A stretch of DNA of 64,000 nucleotides from an uncultured Holophagales bacterium. GTDB lineage: Bacteria > Acidobacteriota > Thermoanaerobaculia > Multivoradales > UBA5704. Below the pieces are notes generated by a model, which did not search any database, was not told the DNA's origin, and worked only from the letters and a program-made list of their open reading frames with translations. Of this stretch, positions 19,614 to 30,198 are shown in pieces. Where the stretch lies: the NCBI GenBank assembly GCA_963842525.1, contig CAWJGT010000019.1, forward strand, positions 96,001 through 160,000, read 5' to 3'. The translations under genes and the position numbers were made by a program. The first letter of the stretch is position 1, and every line of letters begins with the position of its first letter.

Positions 19614-20254
19614 GACGACCGGACCAGGACGCGGACGAGCCGCTGCTCTTCGACCTTCCGCTCGAATCCCCGGAGCGCGGCCCGTCCACGGCGGCTCCAG
19701 CGTCTCCAGCAGTCCCCGAGCGCAAGCGGACGGCTTCCCCGGCAGCAACACCGGTGGTGACCCATCGCACCGCGGCCGCGCGGGCTCCGCGCGAGGAGCC
19801 CCTCGCCTTCGAGGACGCCGGGCTGGACGACGGCGCGGGGCCGGCGGAAGCCGTCCGCCGCCTCGGGCTCGGCACCCGCTTCGCCTCCGGGGCGGCCGAC
19901 CTGCTGGTCCACGGCGCCGTCCTGATCGTCCTGCTGGTCGGCACCCGCCTGCTGGGGGTGCGTCCGGCGCTCGACGACTGGCCGGCCTTCGCAGTCTTCC
20001 TGGCGGCCTTCTCCTTCCTCTATCTGGTCGTGCCGCTCGCCTTCTGGGGCCACACCCTGGGCATGGCCTGGGCCGGCCTCTTCTCGCGCAACCCGGACGG
20101 CGAGCCGCTCACCTTCGACCAGACCGCGCGGCGCTGGCTGGGCGCCGTCCTCACCGCCCTGCTGCTCGGCCTCCCCTTGCTCCTCACCGGCCCCCGGCGC
20201 TCCCTCGCCGACCGCATCAGCGGCTCCGAGACCCACCTCAGCGGCGCGGCGTAG
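19610..20254 (+). CDS. RDD-family membrane protein
   Basis: RFASGAADLL..GHTLGM..RRSLADRISGS; ATGA overlap with the upstream gene. Confidence 0.8.
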   Translation: MRRPDQDADEPLLFDLPLESPERGPSTAAPASPAVPERKRTASPAATPVVTHRTAAARAPREEPLAFEDAGLDDGAGPAEAVRRLGLGTRFASGAADLLVHGAVLIVLLVGTRLLGVRPALDDWPAFAVFLAAFSFLYLVVPLAFWGHTLGMAWAGLFSRNPDGEPLTFDQTARRWLGAVLTALLLGLPLLLTGPRRSLADRISGSETHLSGAA

Positions 20255-20439
20255 GCGCGGTTCACCTGGCCGCTTCCCTTGCGAAGTTGCGGCGCGAAAA
20301 TTGCATTGGCACACGGGCCTGGGAGAGCTTCGAGCTGAGGGGGCGGAAGCGCTCTGCCAGGGCAAATCCTGAATGAATTCGCCACGGCAGTCGTTGCCGT
20401 GGCTCTCTGGATGCTTTTTGGAGAGTCGCAAGACTGCTC

Positions 20440-23400
20440 ATGGGGGAATCCATGTCCATGCCATGTCTCCGAGCTGTCGTTCCCGTCCTCCTTGCCTCAT
20501 CGCTCCTCCTCGTCGGCTCCGGCCGCAGCGCTGCGCAGACCGGCTTGCGCTTCACCAACTATGGGCCTCCGCAGGACACCTCTCCCGGCCTGGGGACGAG
20601 CGGAGGTGACTCGGGCGTGGGCTCGACCGCGGGCGAGCCTTCGATCGGGGCCAATCATGCCGGGGCCACCGGGGCGCTGATGTACATCTCGTCTCTCGAG
20701 ACGCTGCGGCTCACCCCGGACCATTGCGCTTCGCCGCCCGCCGTCGAGTGGCTCAATAAGACCTTCATCACGACGTCGCTCCGCACCCTCGACCCGATCC
20801 TCTTCACCGATCACCAGACGGGGCGGACCTTCTCCAGCCAGCTCGCCGGCAAGTGCAGCGCGATGGCCTTCTCCGACGACGACGGCAACACCTGGACGCA
20901 GAGCCAGGGCTGCGGCATGAACGCCGGCGCGGACCACCAAACGGTCGGCGGCGGCCCCTTCCCGGCGAGCGATCCGATCCAGGGGACCACGAGCTATCCG
21001 AACGCCGTCTACTACTGCTCGCAGGACGTGGCGCTGGCGCAGTGCGCCGTGTCGCGGGACGGCGGCCTCACCTTCGGCCCGGCGGTGCCCATCTATACCC
21101 AGGCGGAGTGCAGCGAGATCGGCGGCAAGCTCCATGGCCACATCAAGGTCGCCCCGGACGGCACCGCCTACGTGCCGCAGCCGGGGTGCAACGGCAAGCA
21201 GATCGTCTCGGTGAGCCAGGATGCCGGCACCACCTGGACGGTGCGGCCCATCCCGCAGTCGACCCCCGGCGCAGGCTCCGACCCGGCGGTTTATGCCGAT
21301 GCCGCCAACCGGGTCTACTTCGGCTACGTCGACGGCGACGGCAAGGTGAAGGTCACGACCTCCGAGGACCATGGCCAGACCTGGACGCCTTCGGTGGACG
21401 TCGGCGCCGCCTTCGGGGTGCTGGCCGGGGCCTTCCCGCAGGTGATCGCCGGCGATGCCGGCCGCGCGGCGATCGCCTTTCTCGGCTCCCAGAACGGCGA
21501 CCTGGCGAGCGCCTACGGCACGGACGTGACCGCGCCTCACACCTGGCACCTCTATGTCGCGGTCACCTACGACGCAGGTGCGAATTGGGAGACGCTCGAC
21601 GTCACCCCCGCCGACCCGGTGCAGCGCGGCACCATCTGCATGCAGGGGACGGTCTGCTCCGCCGGCCGCAACCTCCTCGATTTCAACGAGATCGACGTCA
21701 CCAAGGACGGCCGGGTGGTGGTCGCCTGGGCCGACGGCTGCGTCGGGGCCTGCATCGCCGGCCCACCCAACAGCGGCACCGACGTGGCGCGCATCGCGCT
21801 GCAGACCGGCGGCAAGCGGCTGTATGCCGCCTTCGACGCGCCGCCGACCGCGCCGCCGGCCGCACCCGCGGTCGTGGCAACGTACTCGCCGCCCAACGTC
21901 ACCCTGACCTGGAGCGAGCCGGAGTCGCCTGCGCCGATCACCGGCTACCGGATCGACCGCCAGCGCACGGGGGAGCCGGGCTTCACCGAGCTGGCGACGG
22001 TGGACGCGGCGACCTTCTCGTACCTGGACCAGCCCGGCGGCGCCAACCCGGGCCAGACGCTCTACCGGGTCGCTGCCTTGAACGACAACGGCGCCGGCCC
22101 GCATTGCGGCGAGCCCGTGCTGAATCCGCCGCTGAGCGCGGATCCCTGCACGCCGCCCGGCATCACCGTCGCGGTCGACAGCTTCGACGGCGTGCCGGTC
22201 GCCAACTCCAACTACGATGCGCAGTCGGCGTCGATCGCCGAGCCGTTCCTGGGGCAGGGAACGAGCCGCCTCGTCTTCACGATCGAGGTCGCCGACCTCA
22301 CCAATCCGCCGCCGGCGGGCGCCTGGTACGTCCTGTGGAACCGGCCGGTGCCCGACGCCGGGGCCGACCGCAACTACGTCGCCGTGAAGAGCACCGGCCT
22401 CCCGGGCGGCGTGACCTTCGAGCACGGCACGGTCTCGCCGCCCAACGCCAACGTCGCGACCACGGTCGGGCCGCTCACCGGCAGCATCGACATCGCCGCC
22501 GACACCTTCACGATCGAGGCCGACCCGGCGCTCTTCGACGGCATCGGACCGGGCGACGACCTGCCGGGCGTCGAGCTGCGGACCTTTGCCGCCACCAACC
22601 CGGCGACGGTGGGACAGCTCGCCGCGACCGACTTCAGCGGTGCCGGTAATTACACTTTGTTCGGCAACGCCTTCTGCGGCCCCAACGGCCTGCCCATCGC
22701 CCAGGACGACGCGGCGTTCACCGATCCCGGCCAGGCCAGGGTGATCGACGTCCTGGCCAACGACAGCGATCCCAACGGCGACCCGCTGCGGGTCGCGGTC
22801 GTCTTCCAGCCGGCGCACGGCATCACTGCCAAGACGCCCGACCACCAGGTCCTCTACACCCCGGACAACGGCTTCAGCGGCAGCGACGTCTTCCAGTACA
22901 CGGCCGCCGACGGGCGCGGCGGGGAGGCGATCGGCACCGTCATCGTGACTGTCCAGAACCTGCCGAACTTCCCGCCCCACGCGGTCGACGACGAGGCCAC
23001 GGTGCTGGCCGGCCACAGCGTCGCGATCGACGTCCTCGCCAACGACACCGACCCCGACGACGACGACCTGACCATCGCCAGCGTCACCCTGCCGGGAGCC
23101 TGCGGCACGCCGCTCCTCGATGCCGGCGCCAACCGCATCAACTTCTTCGCCGACGCCGCCTTCCTCGGCGGCTGCTGCTTCAGGTACGTCGTCCAGGACG
23201 GGAAAGGGGGCGCCGACACCGGCGAGGCCTGCGTCAGCGTGACCTGCCCGCCGGTGCCGACGGGCGAGCTGTTCCACGACTTCGAGGCCGGCGACGCGGG
23301 GTTCACGACCGACCACTTCCAGAGCCCCACGGGCTCGCTCGACTGGGCGCTCACCAGCGGGCCGATCGATCCGACCAACGTCGCCTGGTTCACCAACGAC

Positions 23401-24210
23401 CCGGCGGCTACCGACCTGGCGACCAAGGACGACCGGCTCATCTCGCCGCCGGTCGACATCTCTTCCACCAGCAGCCTGGAGTTCCAGCACCGCTTCAACA
23501 CCGAGGACACGTTCAACGGCGGAGCGCTCGAGGTGAGCCTGGACGGCGGAGCGACGTGGCAGTACGTGCCGGGCACGGCGTTCCAGGCCGGCGGCTACAA
23601 CAGCACGACGACCGGCTTCGCGGCGGCCTGGTCCGGCCAATCGTCCGCCTATCCGATGTTGAGCGGGGTGACTGTCAACCTCTCCGCCTACGCCGGCTTC
23701 GGGCGCCGCTTCCGTTGGCGTTTCCTGGCCGACACCAACGCCGGCACCGAGGGCTGGTGGGTGGACGACGTGCGCTTCACCAACACCTTCGAGCCGGGGA
23801 CCTGCGACCCGATCCCGCCCTGCCAGCCGGGAGGGGGGCTCTGCTTCCATACGATGGTGCCGTGCCGCGTCTACGACTCGCGCCAGGACACCCAGGACGG
23901 GCGGCTGGACTCGGGCGTCGAGCGCGCGATTGCCCTCGTCGACGCGGCTGCCTGCGGCATCCCGCCGACCGCTCGGGCGGTGGCGGTCAACCTGACCGTG
24001 GTGCAACCGACCGCGGTGGGCCACATCACCGTCTATCCGGATGCCGGCTTCACGCCCGCGACGAGCACGATCAACTTCGGCGCCGGGCAGACGCGCGCCA
24101 ACAACGCCGTCCTCGACCTCTCCGATCTCGGAGCGATCATCGCCCGGCCGTTCCTGCTTGACGGAGGCACGGTCGACCTGGTCGTCGACGTGTTCGGCTA
24201 CTTCGAATGA
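20440..24210 (+). CDS. Large secreted multidomain protein (Asp-box beta-propeller, FN3, two Ig/cadherin-like, beta-sandwich, conserved C-terminal domain)
   Basis: Signal peptide; Asp-boxes SDDDGNTW, SRDGGLTF, SQDAGTTW; IDVLANDSDPNGD repeats; C-terminal PCRVYDSR..DVFGYFE. Confidence 0.85.
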   Translation: MGESMSMPCLRAVVPVLLASSLLLVGSGRSAAQTGLRFTNYGPPQDTSPGLGTSGGDSGVGSTAGEPSIGANHAGATGALMYISSLETLRLTPDHCASPPAVEWLNKTFITTSLRTLDPILFTDHQTGRTFSSQLAGKCSAMAFSDDDGNTWTQSQGCGMNAGADHQTVGGGPFPASDPIQGTTSYPNAVYYCSQDVALAQCAVSRDGGLTFGPAVPIYTQAECSEIGGKLHGHIKVAPDGTAYVPQPGCNGKQIVSVSQDAGTTWTVRPIPQSTPGAGSDPAVYADAANRVYFGYVDGDGKVKVTTSEDHGQTWTPSVDVGAAFGVLAGAFPQVIAGDAGRAAIAFLGSQNGDLASAYGTDVTAPHTWHLYVAVTYDAGANWETLDVTPADPVQRGTICMQGTVCSAGRNLLDFNEIDVTKDGRVVVAWADGCVGACIAGPPNSGTDVARIALQTGGKRLYAAFDAPPTAPPAAPAVVATYSPPNVTLTWSEPESPAPITGYRIDRQRTGEPGFTELATVDAATFSYLDQPGGANPGQTLYRVAALNDNGAGPHCGEPVLNPPLSADPCTPPGITVAVDSFDGVPVANSNYDAQSASIAEPFLGQGTSRLVFTIEVADLTNPPPAGAWYVLWNRPVPDAGADRNYVAVKSTGLPGGVTFEHGTVSPPNANVATTVGPLTGSIDIAADTFTIEADPALFDGIGPGDDLPGVELRTFAATNPATVGQLAATDFSGAGNYTLFGNAFCGPNGLPIAQDDAAFTDPGQARVIDVLANDSDPNGDPLRVAVVFQPAHGITAKTPDHQVLYTPDNGFSGSDVFQYTAADGRGGEAIGTVIVTVQNLPNFPPHAVDDEATVLAGHSVAIDVLANDTDPDDDDLTIASVTLPGACGTPLLDAGANRINFFADAAFLGGCCFRYVVQDGKGGADTGEACVSVTCPPVPTGELFHDFEAGDAGFTTDHFQSPTGSLDWALTSGPIDPTNVAWFTNDPAATDLATKDDRLISPPVDISSTSSLEFQHRFNTEDTFNGGALEVSLDGGATWQYVPGTAFQAGGYNSTTTGFAAAWSGQSSAYPMLSGVTVNLSAYAGFGRRFRWRFLADTNAGTEGWWVDDVRFTNTFEPGTCDPIPPCQPGGGLCFHTMVPCRVYDSRQDTQDGRLDSGVERAIALVDAAACGIPPTARAVAVNLTVVQPTAVGHITVYPDAGFTPATSTINFGAGQTRANNAVLDLSDLGAIIARPFLLDGGTVDLVVDVFGYFE

Positions 24211-24212
24211 AC

Positions 24213-24241
24213 GGGCGGGCGGAGATCCGCCCGCCGCTTTG
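24213..24241. terminator. Hairpin terminator between convergent genes
   Basis: GGCGGGCGGA-GA-TCCGCCCGCC followed by GCTTT. Confidence 0.6.
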
Positions 24242-24247
24242 CACCCG

Positions 24248-27200
24248 CTATTTGATCTCGATCGGCGCCTCCGCCGTCAGCAGGTCGATCTTCGCCCCCG
24301 CGACCTTCTGGCGGAACGCGAGGACGTCCCCGGCGAAGAGGCGGTTGAAGTCGGCGAGCACCGCCTTCGCCGCTGCCTCGGCCTGGTCCAGATAGGCGAG
24401 CTGGTTCGGGTTCGGCCGGTCGAAGGAGGAGTCCAGGGTGTCGCTGGCGGTCTCGATCTTCCCGTAGACCGTCTGGTCGTCGATGAGCCCCCTGGCGTCC
24501 GGCAGGACCCGAAGCCGTTCCTCCATCGCGGTGAGCTTCCCCTGGAGGTCCCTGGCCGCCTGCCGCAGCTCCTTGTGCGGGTCCTGTTGTTTGGCCTCGT
24601 CCTCCTTCTCGGATTTCTTTGCCGCGTCGAGCTTCTTGAGCACGACGCCGACGTCGGTGCGGGCGGTGCCGATCCGGTCGACCGCATCGACGACCGCAGT
24701 CTGCGCGGACTTCAGGCGCTCGAGGGCGGCCTCGCGCGCCTGCCAGTCGGCCGCGGTGTTCTTCGAAGTGGGGTCTGTCACGACCTCCACGGTCCCCTTG
24801 GCCTCGCGGTCGCCGTGCTTCACGGTCACCTGGTAGGTGCCCGGCGGGACCTTCGGGCCGCTGTCGTCATCCTGGAAGCCGCGGCGGGTGGTCGGCGGCT
24901 CGGGAAAGGGGTCGCGCCCGAGGTCCCAGACCGCCCGGTTGAGCCCGAGCTGGGCCGGGCCGTCCATCTTGCGGACGAGCTTGCCGGAGGCGTCGGTGAT
25001 GCGGATCTCGACCTTCGGCTTGCTCTCGCCGCCCGGTTCTTCGGCCGCCGGCCGGGTGCGCGATGCAGCGCGCTCCCTCTCCTTGCGCTCGCGCTCCTTC
25101 TCGGCGTCGGGGTGGGGCAGGCCGGGGACGTTCAATGAATAGGTCAGCGGGATGCCATAGGGCGCGTTCTCGCCCCGGAAGTCGCCGGCGCCGGGGCGCG
25201 AGGCGCCTCCCGCCATCGTCTCCTGGTGGAGCGTGCCCGGAGTGGCGGGGAAGAGATGGACCGGCTCCTTCAGGGCTTCGGGCGTCAGCTCGCGCAGCGG
25301 CGCGACGTCGTCGATCACGTACACCGCCCGGCCGTGGGTGGCGATCACCAGGTCGTGCTCGCGCGGATGGACGACCAGGTCGGCCACCGCCGTGGTGGGC
25401 ACGCCGTGGGTCCACCGCATCCAGCGCTTGCCGCCGTCGTTCGAACACCCAGAGCCCGAATTCGGTCCCCAGGAAGAGGAGGTCGCGGTCGACCGGGTCC
25501 TGCTCGATGGCCAGGGCCCAACCCCATAAATCTTTCGTGGAAAGGCTTTTCCAGGTCTTTCCCCAGTCGTCGGTGCGATAGACGTACGGGGTCCAGTCCG
25601 AGCGGCGGTGGTTGTCGAAGACGATGAAGGCGCCCGCCGGATCGAAACGCGAGGCCCGGATGTGGGGCACCCAGGTGTTGGCCGGCACACCGGGGATGTT
25701 CTTCTCGACGCTCGTCCAGGTCTTGCCGCCGTCGCGGGTGACGTGCACCCGGCCGTCGTCGGTCCCCACCCAGATCACGCCGCGTTCGAGGGCGCTGGGC
25801 GCGACGGCAAGGATGGTGGTGAAATTCTCCGCTCCGCTGGCGTCCGGCGTGATGCCGCCGCTCTCGGCCGCCTTCTGCCACTCCGGCCGGTTGGTCGTCA
25901 GGTCGGGGCTGATCACCGTCCAGGTTTCGCCGCGGTCGGTCGACTTGTGGAGGTACTGGCTGCCGTAATAGAGGCTGTCCGGCTCGAACGGATCGAGCGC
26001 GAAGCCGGAGCTCCAGTTGAAGCGCAGCTTTTGGGCGGGGTCGGCGCCCAGGTCGGCCGGCTTCAGGGTCTTCGCTTCGCCGTTGCGCTGGTTCCAGCGC
26101 ATGAGGGCCCCGCCCTGGGACATGGAGTAGCCCAGCGAGGAGTCCTTGGGATGAGGGGCCGCGTCGAAGCCGTCGCCTCCCCCGATCCGTGCCCAGTGCT
26201 GGTTGCGGATGTCCCCGTTCTCCCAGACCTCGGCCGGGCCTCTCCACGTGCCGTTGTCCTGCAGGCCGCCGTAGACGTTGTAGGGCGTGTCCATGTCGAC
26301 GTTGACGTGGTAGTACTGGGCGAGCGGCAGGTTCGGCGGGAAGTACCAGGTGGCGCCGCGATCCCGGCTGATGCCGAGCCCGCCGTCGTTGCCGACCACG
26401 ATGTGGCTCGGGTCGCGAGGGTTGATCCACATGGCGTGGTAGTCGCCGTGGATCTCGCGCGCGCGGCCCAGGGCGTCGAAGGTCTTGCCGCCGTCGTCCG
26501 ACACGTTCAGCCGGGTGGCCAGGTTGTAGACCCGGTTCGGCCAGGTGGGATCGACCCGGATGTCGGCGTAGTAGAAGGGGCGGTTCGCCGTCCGCGGATC
26601 CTCATTGACGGCCTTCCAGGTGCGGCCGCCGTCGTCGGAGCGGATCAGGGCGCTCTTTTCCGCCTCGACCAGGGCGTAGACGGTCTCGGGGTTGGAGTGC
26701 GAGATCGCCAGGCCGATGCGGCCGAGCTGTCCCTTGGGCAGGCCGTCGTCCTCGGTGAGCCGCTTCCAGGTCTCGCCGCCGTCGTAGGTCATGTAGAGAC
26801 CGGAGCCGGGGCCGCCGGAGCGGAAGCTCCACGGCCAGCGCCGGTGGTCCCACATCGCCGCGAACAGCTTGTTGGGGTTCGCCGGGTCGATCACCAGGTC
26901 GGCCGCGCCGGTCCGCTCGTCGACATAGAGCACCTTCTTCCAGGTCTTGCCGCCGTCGACCGTCTTGAACACGCCGCGCTCGGCGTTCTCCCCCCACAGC
27001 TTGCCGAGGGCGGCCACCCAGGCCACGTCCGGGTTCGTGGGATGGAGCACGACGCGGTGGATGTGCTCGGTCTGCTCCAGTCCCAGGTGCTTCCAGGTCC
27101 GCCCGCCGTCGAGCGAGCGGTAGATCCCCCAGCCCACCGACACGCTGTTGCGCGGGTTTCCCTCGCCGGTGCCCGCCCAGACGATGTCGGGGTTCGGCTG

Positions 27201-27485
27201 GAAGACGGCGAGAGCGCCGATCGACGCGACCTTCTGGTCGTCGAAGGTCGGCTCCCAGGTGAGGCCGCCGTTGGTTGACTTCCACACCCCGCCGTTGGCC
27301 GCGCCGACATAGAGGATGTCCGGGTTGGACTCGACCGCGACCACGTCGGACACCCGGCCGCTCATGGCCGCGGGGCCGATGGAGCGGGCCTTCAGACCGG
27401 CGAGGAGCGCGGGATCGACCTGGGCCGCCGCAGAGGAGGCGAGCAGACCGAGCACGAGGACGAGGGATGCGAGGATTCGAGGCAT
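24248..27485 (-). CDS. Secreted VPS10/sortilin-like BNR-repeat protein (frameshift near 25443)
   Basis: ARSIGPAAMSGRV, many SxDGGxTW Asp-boxes, GGLQDNG, GTEFGLW joining NDGGKRW, ATHGRA. Confidence 0.88.
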
Positions 27486-27624
27486 GTCATCTCCCGAGAA
27501 GAGAAGAAGGGGGCCGGAAACGGCCGGCTTGCATCGGGCGTACTGATACCGCACGGGCCGTGCGGGATGCAACCTCGGGGTTCGATGCGACGGGGTGCGG
27601 TATGCTCGGATGGGGAGGGTTCTC

Positions 27625-28467
27625 ATGCGCCTGCACGTCCTTGGCAGCTCCGGTGGCTATCCCGGGCCTGACAATCCGAACAGCGGCTTTTTCCTGGAGA
27701 GCGGAGCAACCCGGATCTGGATGGATGCCGGGACGGGCACGTTCTCGGCGCTGCAACGGGTGACGGACTGGATGGGGATCGATGCGGTCCTCGTCACCCA
27801 CGTCCACGCCGACCACTGCATCGACCTCTATCCGCTCGACGTGGCCCTGCGCTACCGCCCGGAGGGCCCGGTGCGGAAGCCCTTGTACGCACCGCCTGAG
27901 GTCTGGGAGGTGCTGCCCCGGTTCCTCGACGCGGGCAAGACCGGGGGCGAGGCGAAGAAGCTCGAACGGTCCTTCGACTTCCACCCGATCGAAGAGGGCT
28001 CGGAGATCGAGATCGGCGGGATCCGGTTCCGCTTCCTGCGCACCGATCACCCCGTCTATACCCTGGCCGTGCGGGCCGAGGCCGAGGGCGGCGCCGTCAC
28101 CTATACGGCCGACGCCGGGCCGCAGACCGACATCGCGAGCTTCGCGCAGGGGAGCGACCTGCTCATCTGCGAGGCGACCTACCAGGAGGGGCTGATCGGC
28201 CCGCCGGTCCACCTGAGCGCGGCCCAGGCCGGCGCAACCGGCCGCCGCGCCGGCGTCCGCGAGCTCGCCGTCACCCACATCTGGCCCACCTTCGACCCGC
28301 AGCGCTCGCTCGAAGAGGCCACCTCGGCGGCCGGAGACGTACGGGTCTCCCTGGCCTGGCCGGGTGGAGTGTACTCGACGACACTGGCCCTGCCGCTCCT
28401 GCGCGATCCGGTACCTGTCGAAGGAATCGACCTTAACGACACGAGCCGTCTCTGGGACCTCAAGTGA
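27625..28467 (+). CDS. MBL-fold metallo-hydrolase (RNase Z/BN-like)
   Basis: LGSSGGYP, DAGTG, THVHADH, CEATY, HLSA and THIWP motifs. Confidence 0.88.
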   Translation: MRLHVLGSSGGYPGPDNPNSGFFLESGATRIWMDAGTGTFSALQRVTDWMGIDAVLVTHVHADHCIDLYPLDVALRYRPEGPVRKPLYAPPEVWEVLPRFLDAGKTGGEAKKLERSFDFHPIEEGSEIEIGGIRFRFLRTDHPVYTLAVRAEAEGGAVTYTADAGPQTDIASFAQGSDLLICEATYQEGLIGPPVHLSAAQAGATGRRAGVRELAVTHIWPTFDPQRSLEEATSAAGDVRVSLAWPGGVYSTTLALPLLRDPVPVEGIDLNDTSRLWDLK

Positions 28468-28510
28468 TTCTTTGCGACGTCAATGTGCATCCGTTTCTCG
28501 GAGGGCCGGC

Positions 28511-29284
28511 TCAGCGGCCGGCGACCATCTCGGGCGTGGGGACCGGGGCTGCCGCCTGGACCTCGGCGGTCATCCCGAGGAGCGTGAAGATGCGGCGGAC
28601 GTAGCTCTGGGTCTCCCGGTAGGGAGGCACGCCGCCGAAGCGCTCGACCGCTCCCTCGCCGGCGTTGTAGGCGGCCAGGACCCGGGTCGGATCGCCGGAG
28701 AAGCGCGCCGCCAGCCATTTCAGGTAGCGGACGCCCGCCTCCAGGTTCTTGGCGGGATCGAAGATGTCGCGCCGGCCCAGGCCGAAGCGGCGGGCCGTGG
28801 CGGGCAGGAGCTGCATCAGGCCGCAGGCCCCCTTGCGCGAGACCGCCCGCGGGTTGAAGGAGGACTCGACCCGCACGATGGCTGCCACCAGGTAGGGGTT
28901 GACCGCGTGGCGGCCGGCCACCTGGTAGATGAGCTCGCCGAACGGCGATTCCGGGATGCCGTGGGATTCCTGGAGCTCCAGGGCACGGACCTCCGCGGGG
29001 AACGGGGCTTCCGGCGGTGGTGCCGCCGTCTGGGCCTGGACTGTCGGCTCGATCTGTTGGCTCTGGAGATCGGCGGCTGGGAGAGGCTCCGGGTCGGCTG
29101 GGAGGGTGGTCGGGGGCTCCTGGGGGACCGCCGCGATGGTTTCAACACTTGCGACAGGCCCGGGTGGTTGCGGCAGGAGCTCTGCGGGAGTGCCGCCAGG
29201 TCCTACCAGGCCGGTGAGGCTGAAGGCCAGGAATCCGACCGAGAAGCAATGCTTGCCCTTGGCGATGTTCCGAATTCTCTTCAT
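28511..29284 (-). CDS. Lytic transglycosylase (SLT domain)
   Basis: VESSFNPRAVSRKGACGLMQLLP, AAYNAGEGAV and PPYRETQSYV motifs. Confidence 0.9.
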   Translation of the reverse strand: MKRIRNIAKGKHCFSVGFLAFSLTGLVGPGGTPAELLPQPPGPVASVETIAAVPQEPPTTLPADPEPLPAADLQSQQIEPTVQAQTAAPPPEAPFPAEVRALELQESHGIPESPFGELIYQVAGRHAVNPYLVAAIVRVESSFNPRAVSRKGACGLMQLLPATARRFGLGRRDIFDPAKNLEAGVRYLKWLAARFSGDPTRVLAAYNAGEGAVERFGGVPPYRETQSYVRRIFTLLGMTAEVQAAAPVPTPEMVAGR

Positions 29285-29399
29285 CTGATCTCCCTCTGGG
29301 GCAGACTCATGAACGAAACGAGGCAGCCGAGGCCGCTCCGCGGGGCGTGGGTCCAACGACTTGGGCGGACGCATTGATACACGATTCTCAAATGGCGCG

Positions 29400-30032
29400 T
29401 CAACCCTCGAGATCCAGGAAGGCCTCCACGGAGCCCGCGAGGAGGGCCCGCCGCGGCTCGTCCAGCCGGGCGGCGGCGATGCGCTCCAGGCAGGCCTTTC
29501 GCAGCTCGGACCGGTCGAGGCGGGCCGGGCGCATGAGCGCGGCCAGGGCCCAGGCGAGCGGCTCCGGGCGCTGGAGGTAGTACTCGGCGCGCGCACCGGC
29601 GAGGCCGAAGAGGGTGTAGAAGACCCGCAGCACCTCGACGCCGAAGACCCGACCGACCGCCGCGGTCTCGAGGTTGACGCCCGGCCGGGCACCGCGCAGG
29701 CAGACCACGCTGAGCAGCACAGGCTGGCAGTAGCGGACCTCGAGGTCCGCGAAGGTGCGCCCAAGCCGGTCGGAGACGTCGTCCGGGCCCGGAGCGTCCG
29801 GCTCGATCCGGACGAGGACGGTCACCTTCTCGCCCCGCACGCCGGGCACCTCGGCGACGAGGCATAGGACGGAGCGCTCGTCCTCCTCCCAGCCGGCGAG
29901 GTCAGCCTGCGGGTCCCGGAACGAGACCCGGTCCAGGCACAGGTGCTCCGCGGAATCGGGCTCGACGAGACAGAGGTAGTCGGCGAAGAATGCCTGCAGC
30001 AACGTCCGCAACAGGGGACAGACAGGGGGCAT
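29400..30032 (-). CDS. Degenerate Rpn/YhgA-like (PD-(D/E)XK) protein
   Basis: LLQAFFADYLCLV, LCLVAEV, LVRIEP and EPLAWALAALM resemble Rpn-type proteins; predicted catalytic positions look altered. Confidence 0.55.
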   Translation of the reverse strand: MPPVCPLLRTLLQAFFADYLCLVEPDSAEHLCLDRVSFRDPQADLAGWEEDERSVLCLVAEVPGVRGEKVTVLVRIEPDAPGPDDVSDRLGRTFADLEVRYCQPVLLSVVCLRGARPGVNLETAAVGRVFGVEVLRVFYTLFGLAGARAEYYLQRPEPLAWALAALMRPARLDRSELRKACLERIAAARLDEPRRALLAGSVEAFLDLEG

Positions 30033-30198
30033 GTCGTTTCCTCGGGATAGGTCGCGGCCGGGAGTGGCCCCGATCTACCCCTTAAAAAGACGGAAAACGA
30101 CCCGCCGATCTGTCATAACTCGGCAAACTTTTTTTCACGGGGTGCGCCCCGGCGCCGGGTCGTGCTAGCTTGAGTGTGGTCGCGCGGGAGATGGAGAG

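Noticed and set aside
20497-24024. Long antisense ORFs (also 183..1532, 17322..19532, 52505..55450, 58616..60505)
   Set aside because: Shadow frames of high-GC genes with no recognisable motifs.
27625-28467. Metallo-beta-lactamase resistance gene
   Set aside because: No signal peptide, and the motifs match the RNase Z/BN-like branch.
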